Source of the DNA: Candidatus Melainabacteria bacterium 17Bon1m
GTDB taxonomy: Bacteria > Cyanobacteriota > Vampirovibrionia > Obscuribacterales > Obscuribacteraceae
Assembly: GCA_032128875.1 (NCBI GenBank)
Contig: JAVLKG010000007.1
Span: 224,001 to 288,000, forward strand
Direction: 5' to 3'
DNA length: 64,000 bases
The notes below the pieces were generated by a model, which saw only the letters and a list, made by a program, of their open reading frames with translations, was not told the DNA's origin and did not search any database. Position 1 is the stretch's first letter, and each line of letters begins with the position of its first letter. Shown piece by piece: positions 20,591 to 28,302 of the stretch. The translations under genes and the position numbers were made by a program.

Positions 20591-21451
20591 TCAGGCTCTT
20601 GCGAGCGGCCATTTGTCGATGAACTTGCTCATGTCGTCTTCGCCGACGCTCTCGACGAACTGGATAGCCAGCTCGGCGACGGTGGCGAATTCGAATTGCG
20701 CGATGAGCTCGAGGAGGGTTTCCTTGATTTCATCGATGCAAGCCGTGCCGTCCGGGTAGACGCGAGGCGCGTTCATTCCGGGCTGCACTGTGCGTACGCG
20801 GCGAGTGCTGTTGAACCATCTGACACCGTCATCCAGACCATCGGTGCGGATGACGATCATGTATTCACCCAGCTCATGCTGTTTGCCAGACTTGGGATGG
20901 GTGGCGACGAGAGTCTCGGTGAAGACCAGAAGCGCACCGTTGGTGACGCGAACGGCCTTCACTTTGTCGACCGCCATCAGGCGATCGTACTCGTCCGAGA
21001 AGCGCTGCTTGAGCGCGTCTTCAGGAAGGTTGGTGGAACCAACGAAGTGGTGCCGGGCATTCTTCACGAAGACTTCTTGCGCGGGACCAAGCTTCTGCTT
21101 GCGACTGTTGATCTTCGCAACTGCCTGCTTGGCCATGTCGCCGAGTCGCGCGGAACACAGCTCGATGTACCGCGCACGCGATGCCAGCATGGTCGCGTCA
21201 TATTGACGCCCGCGCAAATTGGTCGTCGTCACCACCGTGGGCGCGGGAGTGAATGCGAGCGTGAGCTGGTAAAAACCTTCGTACTCGGTTTCTTTCTCTG
21301 TGGCAGTGGCGCCCAGCAGCTTGAGTGCTTGCTGGAGATGCGCCTCGCCGATGATGATCGAGACGTCGTCCCACGGGTAGTACACCACACCGTGGTCGTG
21401 CAGCATCTGCTTATCGTTTGCGTCCAGGTTTGGAACGATATAGCTCTTCAT
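20591..21451 (-). CDS. Short E2/UBC-like protein, Cys retained
   Basis: C-terminal domain NAPRVYPDGTACID resembles UBC HPN(V/I)..dG.iCld; Cys codon 20738-20740; AGGAGA RBS. Confidence 0.7.
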   Translation of the reverse strand: MKSYIVPNLDANDKQMLHDHGVVYYPWDDVSIIIGEAHLQQALKLLGATATEKETEYEGFYQLTLAFTPAPTVVTTTNLRGRQYDATMLASRARYIELCSARLGDMAKQAVAKINSRKQKLGPAQEVFVKNARHHFVGSTNLPEDALKQRFSDEYDRLMAVDKVKAVRVTNGALLVFTETLVATHPKSGKQHELGEYMIVIRTDGLDDGVRWFNSTRRVRTVQPGMNAPRVYPDGTACIDEIKETLLELIAQFEFATVAELAIQFVESVGEDDMSKFIDKWPLARA

Positions 21452-21466
21452 AGCTTTTCTCCTCCC

Positions 21467-23371
21467 TTACCTGGCGACAGGCCAGCTGGTGATGTAGGCG
21501 CCCCAGTTGTCGGCGACGTTCACCGACTCGACAAAGGCGATGGCGAGCTGCACCGCAGAGGCGAGCTCACGCTTTTGAATGAGCGACGGGAAGAGATCCC
21601 GAGTATTGCCCATGCAAGCGTTGCCGTTGGGATCGACGTGCGGAGCGTTCATGTTGCCGTTGCCACCAGGGACCTTGCGGGTTTTGTTGAACCACTTGAT
21701 CATGTTGGTGGAGATGTCGATTTTGATGTCGAACGCGCCGATCTCGTGCTTCAGTCCCGTGTTCGGGTTGACGCAGTAGAGAACATCGGTGCTGACGACA
21801 ATCACGTTGCCGTCCACGCGAACGCCATTGACGTTCGCCAGCGTGGTCAGCTCATCGAACTCGCGGCCGATTTCCTCAGCCGGAGCAGCTTGCAGGCGTA
21901 GGAAATCGAACTCTTCCACAAGTGCACCACGCAGGTGCGCATGGAATGTCGCCTGCGAAGCGTTCAGATCAGCAGCGCTGATCTTTTTCGATTTGCCGGC
22001 ATTGAACTGACGCGTGCATTCCTGCACGTAGTGATCCGCGACTTTGCGCGTGATCACATTGTTGTCCGCGTCCACTGCGCCCTGCACTTCTTTGCGCACT
22101 TCCAGCAACAGTTTGGCAGCCAGAGCCGCTTCCATCTTTGCACCGAAGTGGACGTAGTGCATGTGCAGGTAGAGATTGCGTCCAACAATCTCGCCGACGA
22201 TAAAGCCGTTGTCGTCGATGAGTGGCATGCCGTGAGCCGAGGGTGCGAAGGCGGTTTCGCGCTTGAGCATGCGATGCCCCCAGACTCGCTCCGGTGCCGT
22301 GAGACACGGTGCACCGATGGGCGAGGAGTGCATGAAGATGCGGAAATTGCCGTCGTTGACAGGCGTCGCGTTGAGCCCGTTGCAATCGCGAATGATCACG
22401 TTGGAATTGACGACCGGCGTGAGGATCTCGCGCACAAGTGACGACAGCACAACCAGCCGTCGGCCGGTGATGCCTTCGCCTTCTACGCGGAAGTCAGTCG
22501 TGTCGGCATTCTCCACCGCCTGATTCTCAGCTTTAACCGAGGCGATCAGGTCTTCGAGGAACTTGTCGGCAGCCAGTTCGCCGTGCACCTGCTGCAGAAT
22601 TCTGAGCAGAAGACCGGCTCGCGCCTTCAAGTTCTTACGCGTGACCAGGTCGAGGTGGACATACAAGTTGCTGTCCACCAGCTCGCCGAGCGCGAAGTTG
22701 GTGTTGGGCTCGATGATCGGCACGCCCGTTCCGGAAGCGCCGAACACCGTATGACCGGTGCTCATCTGCGCTCCGAGCAGCCTCTGCGGCGGAGTCACAC
22801 CACCTGCCAGATTCTGTGGCGTGCTGAAAAGATACAGATGGAATTTCCCGTCTGTTGCGGGAGCTGCGGCTTGACCGTTCTTCAGGTGAACGACGATGTC
22901 CTTCTTCACGCTGGGCATGAGAGCATCGTTCACCAGAGCTGCAAGGCGGCGGCGATTGAGCCGGCCTCTGAGGTCGTACCACTTGAGAGATCCAGCGACT
23001 TCGGTCTTGAAGCCGCTTAACGCGGGGTCGCGCCTTTCAGGGAAAGCGAGAACCGCTTCCTCGAATGCCCGACCGCTTGATGGGAAGACTTCGACCACGC
23101 GCGCTTTGAGCAGTCGCTTTGCCCTTGCAAATGACTGTGGGGAAAACGAGATACCGTCTTCTCCAGCTCCAGCGCTTGTTTGAGTGTAGGGGATCGAAGC
23201 CAGACGCAGCTTCTCCTTTTGCTCTTCGGTGAGCCAACGAACAAACACCTGAGAAGGTGTTCCTGGGCGACCAAAGAACAGGTGGAGATAATGCTGCGCA
23301 AAGGCGAGCAACCCGGCGACTATGAAGACGCCTGTGCCAGCCAACGCGAGAGTTTGCTGAAACTCGTTCAT
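21467..23371 (-). CDS. Long membrane-anchored E2/UBC-like protein, Cys retained
   Basis: N-terminal TM helix, internally duplicated domain, C-terminal NAPHVDPNGNACMGN (Cys codon 21614-21616). Confidence 0.72.
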   Translation of the reverse strand: MNEFQQTLALAGTGVFIVAGLLAFAQHYLHLFFGRPGTPSQVFVRWLTEEQKEKLRLASIPYTQTSAGAGEDGISFSPQSFARAKRLLKARVVEVFPSSGRAFEEAVLAFPERRDPALSGFKTEVAGSLKWYDLRGRLNRRRLAALVNDALMPSVKKDIVVHLKNGQAAAPATDGKFHLYLFSTPQNLAGGVTPPQRLLGAQMSTGHTVFGASGTGVPIIEPNTNFALGELVDSNLYVHLDLVTRKNLKARAGLLLRILQQVHGELAADKFLEDLIASVKAENQAVENADTTDFRVEGEGITGRRLVVLSSLVREILTPVVNSNVIIRDCNGLNATPVNDGNFRIFMHSSPIGAPCLTAPERVWGHRMLKRETAFAPSAHGMPLIDDNGFIVGEIVGRNLYLHMHYVHFGAKMEAALAAKLLLEVRKEVQGAVDADNNVITRKVADHYVQECTRQFNAGKSKKISAADLNASQATFHAHLRGALVEEFDFLRLQAAPAEEIGREFDELTTLANVNGVRVDGNVIVVSTDVLYCVNPNTGLKHEIGAFDIKIDISTNMIKWFNKTRKVPGGNGNMNAPHVDPNGNACMGNTRDLFPSLIQKRELASAVQLAIAFVESVNVADNWGAYITSWPVAR

Positions 23372-23424
23372 ATGGGGTCCACCTATTAACGGCGACGCAC
23401 GGCCTCATAGAGAGACACTAAAGA

Positions 23425-23453
23425 GAAGTGGCTCCCCAAGCGGGAGCCACTTC
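23425..23453 (-). terminator. Strong hairpin between the Ubl gene and the first E2-like gene (partial terminator or stabiliser)
   Basis: GAAGTGGCTCCC-caagc-GGGAGCCACTTC perfect 12-bp stem with only a weak U tract on the - strand. Confidence 0.55.
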
Positions 23454-23523
23454 GACCAACAATGTCACGTAGGAAGCCGTCGCACCTCAATGCCTTGAGA
23501 TAGCGACTGACGAGTTGACGGTC

Positions 23524-24285
23524 TTAGTTGCCGCGGACGGGGCGGAGCAAAAGAACCGTCTGGCCGTCGGTGACCGCAGTGGTCAGCGAAGCCGGCTGGC
23601 CGCTGACACGGATGTCGTAACCCGAAGCGTCGACCTCGGCCTGGCGCAGCACGGACTGGACGGTCCAGCTGTTGCCCTCGAGGACGAGCTTCTTGATGTT
23701 GCCGGGGACGCCGACGTTCACGGAGATCGTTCCGGTTGCGCCGCCGTTGTCCTTGTTCAGGTCGACGTTGCCGCGCACGGGGCGGAGCAAAAGAACCGTC
23801 TGACCGTCGGTGACCGCGGTGGTGAGCGAAGCCGGCTGACCGCTGACGCGGATGTCGTAGCCGGAAGCGTCGACCTCGGCCTGGCGCAGCACGGACTGGA
23901 CGGTCCAGCTGTTGCCTTCGAGAACGAGCTTCTTGATGTTGCCGGGAACACCGACGTTCACCGAGATGGTGCCGCCGTTGTTCTCGTTCTTGCCCAGGTC
24001 GACGTTGCCGCGAACGGGGCGGAGCAGAAGGACGGTCTGGCCGTCGGTGACAGGCGTATCGGCGTTGGACGGCTGACCGCTGACGCGGATGTCGTAGCCG
24101 TTGGCGTCGATTTCGGCGTACTTCAGGACGTCCTTGACGGTCCAGCCGTTGCCTTCGAGAACGAGCTTCTTGATGTTGCCGGGAACGCCGACATTCACGG
24201 AGATGGTGCCGACGGCAGCGGTATTGTTGGTGCCGGTGGCGGAATCGGTGGTCGTGGCCGTTTCGGGCTTGTTCAGGTTTGCCAT
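23524..24285 (-). CDS. Tri-ubiquitin-like (3x beta-grasp) polyprotein
   Basis: 25-aa leader plus three 69-aa units (24210-24004, 23973-23767, 23733-23527) joined by 10- and 11-aa linkers; each unit has the ThiS/ubiquitin-like pattern WTV..VL...IRVSGQP....V.DGQTVLLLRPVRGN; AAGGAG RBS. Confidence 0.82.
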   Translation of the reverse strand: MANLNKPETATTTDSATGTNNTAAVGTISVNVGVPGNIKKLVLEGNGWTVKDVLKYAEIDANGYDIRVSGQPSNADTPVTDGQTVLLLRPVRGNVDLGKNENNGGTISVNVGVPGNIKKLVLEGNSWTVQSVLRQAEVDASGYDIRVSGQPASLTTAVTDGQTVLLLRPVRGNVDLNKDNGGATGTISVNVGVPGNIKKLVLEGNSWTVQSVLRQAEVDASGYDIRVSGQPASLTTAVTDGQTVLLLRPVRGN

Positions 24286-25026
24286 GATGTTTAGCTCCTT
24301 TGACTTCGTACGAGAGTGAGACCGTGATCAGGTCTCGGGGTTGGTGTGTTTCCTGCTCTGTCCACAGCAATCAAAAAACCCAAGCGCGCGCTACCCCGCA
24401 GCGGTACCGCTGGTGGTGACAACAAACTATCGAACGCGAATGGGGTTGAGAGGTGGGTGAAAGAGCGAAGGGAAAAACGAGGAAACACAGGATCATGTAA
24501 CTAGCAAAGAGGCTCTTGCTATTACAACGCGCGTATATGCATGCATGTTACCTGTTATGAAAAACTCTCGCGCGCACAAACGTAGTTCTAATGAGCTTCT
24601 TGAGGTGCTGTCAAGAAATAGACTCTCGAAGATATACATATGCTTTCGAATGCTTTAACAGATTCAAAGCAGACTAGAGATTCGCGCAGTTAGATACGGG
24701 CGTGCGGAACCTTGATCTCTTGGCATTTTGTTGTTAATAGTTGTCAGTTGTTGGTGTTGCCTGTGGCGACAAGCATTTGATTGGTTTTCAAGAAAGTGGC
24801 TGTCAATAGATGTTTGGTGTGGTTTGTTTTCAAGTGCTAGCGCTGCTTTCCAAAGGTTGAAGGTCGCCGGACTGCTGCTTGACTAGTGGTTTCTCTATTC
24901 ATTTCTATATGACATCGCGAGCCAAAATTGGATTTGCCGTAACTTATTTCGTGCGCCTGAGGTATTGCTGATAGATATGCGGCTTCCTAAATAAGCAATC
25001 GCTACAGCTTTGGAGATGTCGGCTTC

Positions 25027-25124
25027 AATGACTGCTCTGCTCTTGTTACTGCTCTAATGACTCTTCTGCTCTTGTTATTGCTCTAATAACTCTTCTGCTC
25101 TTGTTACTGCTTGAATTACTGCTC
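25027..25124. repeat. 29-bp tandem repeat, 3 copies plus a partial copy
   Basis: aatgactgctctgctcttgttactgctct / aatgactcttctgctcttgttattgctct / aataactcttctgctcttgttactgcttg, with no spacers. Confidence 0.85.
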
Positions 25125-25454
25125 GCCATGTACTCCGAAATCCCGGGATTTTTCGGAGTACATGAAGAGCAGTTGCACAGCAAGCGTTTCCGGGTTTTTA
25201 GCCGTTTTGCGTAGCATCGAGATGAGATTTTGAGTCATGGTTTTATGGCCATTTCGGGACTTCTGAGGGTGTTTTCTCCTCCGAAAAATTCCGAGTTTTC
25301 GGAGTGGATGGGCGAGTTGAAATTTCAGAATGGACTCAGGGAAAAACTCGAAGTCTCCGCAAATTTTGGTCGGGCACCGTATATGGTGCCAGGTTGATCA
25401 AATTTTTTTTGGGAAGTAATTCCGGTTAGGCGCTTAAAACGAAAAAGCAATAAA

Positions 25455-25517
25455 AGTGCAAAAAATGGAAGCCATGAGTACGAGTTTGCAAAACAAACTT
25501 GGTGTACTCATGGCTTC
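25455..25517 (-). terminator. Probable terminator of the second E2-like pair
   Basis: GAAGCCATGAGTAC...GTACTCATGGCTTC 14-bp stem with A-runs on its left (U-runs on -). Confidence 0.6.
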
Positions 25518-25554
25518 CCGAATTGATCAGATTTGGTTTGCTGTGACTCTCAGC

Positions 25555-26418
25555 TCACAGCAAAGGCCACTTACTCACGTACTTGCCGTACTCGTTGGCT
25601 TCCGGGTTCTCGATGAACTGGATAGCCAGCTCGGCTACCGTAGACAGTTCCAGGCGCGCGATCAGCTCCATGATTGTGGCATGGATTTCAGCGGCGCCTG
25701 CTCTGCCGTCGGAGAACACAGTCGGCGCCTGCATGCGCTCACGCACGCCGTCGACGCGGCGGGAGTTGTTCTGCCAGCGGATGCCGTCCTCACTGCCGTC
25801 CAGATAGACGGTGATGAGAAACTGGCCAATTTCATGGCGGAAGCCGCTCTCCGGGTCTGTAGCGCAGAGAATCTCAGTCGAGATGAGGAGCCTGTTTGGC
25901 ACCACATGCACCGCCTGAACACCCTGCACCATGCGGACACGCTCCAGTTCTGCGACCAGCGTCTGTCCCGCGTTTTCGTTGCCGGCAATCTTGCTCGAGC
26001 CGAAGACTTCCGTCCGCTTGCTCGTCACAAAGCGCTGCTTGGCTGCAGAGAGCTTCTTGCGATTGCCGGAGGCGGTACTGGCAGCGGCGTCGAGAATCGA
26101 CTTCGTGCGCGACTCACAGGCCTTGATGTACCGCTTGCGATACTCCAGGCGTTCGGCTTCGCGACGCAGTGTTTCCGCATCAACTTCGTCGTTCTTGCCC
26201 TGCTCTTTTCTCTTCTTCTTGAAGGTGAGCTTGAGCTTGTAGACGTTTTCGTACTTCGATTTGCTCTTGGCGCCGGTGGCGTTCAGGACAGCCAGCACGA
26301 TGTCCAATTGCGTTTCCTCGAACATGATGCCCGAGTCCCACGGATAGTGCTGCACGCCTGCATTGGTCAGCAAGCTCAGCTGCTCATCCGTGAGGTCTTT
26401 CACTAGATAGCTTTTCAT
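25555..26418 (-). CDS. Short E2-like paralogue lacking the catalytic Cys (UEV-like)
   Basis: Aligns end to end with 20591-21451 (MKSY.V..L, YPWD, HE.G, DG.RW.N..RRV, TVAELAIQF.E, KWPL) but has DGRAGAAEI where the paralogue has DGTACIDEI; start at MKSY after AGGAGAAG. Confidence 0.72.
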   Translation of the reverse strand: MKSYLVKDLTDEQLSLLTNAGVQHYPWDSGIMFEETQLDIVLAVLNATGAKSKSKYENVYKLKLTFKKKRKEQGKNDEVDAETLRREAERLEYRKRYIKACESRTKSILDAAASTASGNRKKLSAAKQRFVTSKRTEVFGSSKIAGNENAGQTLVAELERVRMVQGVQAVHVVPNRLLISTEILCATDPESGFRHEIGQFLITVYLDGSEDGIRWQNNSRRVDGVRERMQAPTVFSDGRAGAAEIHATIMELIARLELSTVAELAIQFIENPEANEYGKYVSKWPLL

Positions 26419-26439
26419 TTTGCTTCTCCTGGGCATGCA

Positions 26440-28302
26440 TTACACCTCGCCTACGGCTTCGGGAAACAGCGAGATTCCCTTGCCCCAGGCATCCGAGGTG
26501 TTGACCGATTCGACGAAAGCAATAGCCAGCTGCACTGCTGAAGCGTATTCGCGCTTCTTGATGAGCATCGGGAAGAGGTCCTGCGTGTTCCCGAAGCACG
26601 CCTTGCCGCGGCTGGAAACATGCGGAGCATGCATTGTGCGGCTCTCCATTTGGATGGTCCTGGTCTGGTTAAGCCAGGTCACCTCCGAGTTGGAATCCAT
26701 CGGGATGGTGATCTTGAACTCGCCGATTTCATGCCGCTTGCCCGAGCGAGGATCAACGCAGTAGAGCATGTCGGTCATGATCACGATCGACTTCTGCTTC
26801 ACTTCCACCGACCGCACTTTGTACACTCGGCAGAGTTCATCGAACTCGCGCCCCAGCTCTTCAGCTCCGGAGTGCTCGAGCCGGAAGACTTCGGCGTCTG
26901 CGATCACAGCGTCGCGCAGAGCCTTGCTCAGTTCTTGCTCGCTTACAGGCTTGTCGTTCTTGCCGGCTTTGACGCTCGCTGCAATCAGTGCCGCTTCTTC
27001 TTTGAGGTCTTCCTCCGTGAAGCGCGGACCACCTGCGCGTGCAGCCTGTTTTTCCACCAGCTTGCCTGCTTGGACAAACAGTCGAGCAAGCAGCTTCGCT
27101 TCCGCTTTGGAGGCGTGCGTGAGCAGGTACTGGTGAATGTACAAGTTGTTGCCGACGAGTTCTGCGTAGATGAAGCCGCTGGCTTCGAAGAGCGGGATGC
27201 CCAGACCGGTGGGACCGAACGCCTTATCCTGGCGAATCAAGTCACAACCGAGCAGCTTCTTGGGCACGTCTTCGCCTGCGCGTCCGGCGACGGCAGAGTT
27301 GAAGAAGACGTGAAACATGCCGTCGTTGAGCGGGCGCTGCGTCTGTCCATGGCAGTTCTTCACGTGGATTTCTTGCCGCAGGTAGGGGCTGAGGAACTTG
27401 TGGATGGTGGCGCGCACAACGGCACGCTCTCCCGCTTCCTCGAAGCCCTCGTCAGCGATCGTCTGGCGACCAGCCGCTGGTGGTATCCCTTCGCCTTCCT
27501 CGGCGTAAACTTCCTGAAGGAATTGTGCCGGGTCGCGCTCTATGAGCACCCGTTGCAAAACCCGCGTCAAAAGCGCATAGCGCTGCTCTTCGCCGAGCTG
27601 CCAGAAGTCAGCGTAAATATAAAGCGCGCCCTTCGTCAGTTCGCCGACGATGTAGCCGGTGGCCGGATCGATAACCGGAGAGCCGGTCACGGAGTAGACA
27701 TACGAGTGCTGCGGCGCAACCTCGATGTCGAACACTCGCGGGGGCAATTGTTCGCGCGTGCTTGTGCGCGGAACCGTGCCGAAGAGGATGTGGAAGTTGT
27801 GGTCGTATTCGCGATCAACGCGCCCGTTGGCGTCGAGCGTCACTTTGATGCGCTTGTCCAGGCGACCGGCTAAGACCGCATGAACAACCTGTTGCACTCG
27901 CGGCGCGGTTGTTTTGTCACGCTTGTTGACCCAAACTGTAATCTGCTCGAGGTTATGGGCGTTTGCATTCTCGTGGGGGAAAGCGAGAACCGCCTCGTGC
28001 AGCTCTTTGCCGTTGAGCATCAAGGACGCTGTGTGCGTCGCATTCAGCGCGGCTAGAGCTCGGGGAAGATGGTCGTACTTGACGATGATACCGGCAGTAG
28101 CGTCCGGTGCGTTGCCGGTCTCAAACTGAACACCAGCAGCCCGTAGAGCCTCTTTGTGCGTATCTTGCAGATAGCGCATGAAGTAATTCTTCGGACGTGC
28201 CAGGTATTTCTGAAGCAGCCGCCAGGCTTTCCATCCGCCGTAACCGAGCAGAGAGATACCAGCAGCAGCTAGAGATACATAGATAATCATTTGCCAGGGC
28301 AT
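26440..28302 (-). CDS. Long membrane-anchored E2-like paralogue, Cys retained
   Basis: Aligns with 21467-23371; N-terminal TM; HAPHVSSRGKACFGN (Cys codon 26596-26598); shared DLFP.LI.KRE.ASAVQLAIAFVESVN..D.WG. Confidence 0.72.
   Translation of the reverse strand: MPWQMIIYVSLAAAGISLLGYGGWKAWRLLQKYLARPKNYFMRYLQDTHKEALRAAGVQFETGNAPDATAGIIVKYDHLPRALAALNATHTASLMLNGKELHEAVLAFPHENANAHNLEQITVWVNKRDKTTAPRVQQVVHAVLAGRLDKRIKVTLDANGRVDREYDHNFHILFGTVPRTSTREQLPPRVFDIEVAPQHSYVYSVTGSPVIDPATGYIVGELTKGALYIYADFWQLGEEQRYALLTRVLQRVLIERDPAQFLQEVYAEEGEGIPPAAGRQTIADEGFEEAGERAVVRATIHKFLSPYLRQEIHVKNCHGQTQRPLNDGMFHVFFNSAVAGRAGEDVPKKLLGCDLIRQDKAFGPTGLGIPLFEASGFIYAELVGNNLYIHQYLLTHASKAEAKLLARLFVQAGKLVEKQAARAGGPRFTEEDLKEEAALIAASVKAGKNDKPVSEQELSKALRDAVIADAEVFRLEHSGAEELGREFDELCRVYKVRSVEVKQKSIVIMTDMLYCVDPRSGKRHEIGEFKITIPMDSNSEVTWLNQTRTIQMESRTMHAPHVSSRGKACFGNTQDLFPMLIKKREYASAVQLAIAFVESVNTSDAWGKGISLFPEAVGEV

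Noticed and set aside
18800-21901. 1033-aa plus-strand ORF (also 15580-17700, 26620-27873, 869-2077, 3639-4937, 10196-11584, 31947-33116, 57348-58406)
   Set aside because: Antisense shadows of strongly GC3-biased real genes; no motifs, and the opposite strand carries recognisable proteins.
18022-24285. ThiF + ThiS/MoaD as a thiamine/molybdopterin/cysteine sulfur-relay operon
   Set aside because: No thiG, moaE, cysM or rhodanese nearby; the Ubl is triplicated and lacks terminal GG; E2-like Cys proteins sit between Ubl and E1.
23465-24370. Alternative-frame repeat ORFs (23465-24370 minus, 23515-24294 plus)
   Set aside because: Off-frame or antisense readings of the Ubl repeats; only 23524-24285 has an RBS, and its frame makes the inter-repeat changes synonymous.
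25027-25124. 29-bp repeats as a CRISPR array
   Set aside because: Copies are directly adjacent with no unique spacers, and there are no cas genes in the window.
15355-28302. Prophage or mobile island carrying the Ubl system
   Set aside because: No integrase, transposase, phage structural gene, tRNA or att-like direct repeat seen; codon style resembles other native-looking genes such as ppk2 and the SPFH gene.
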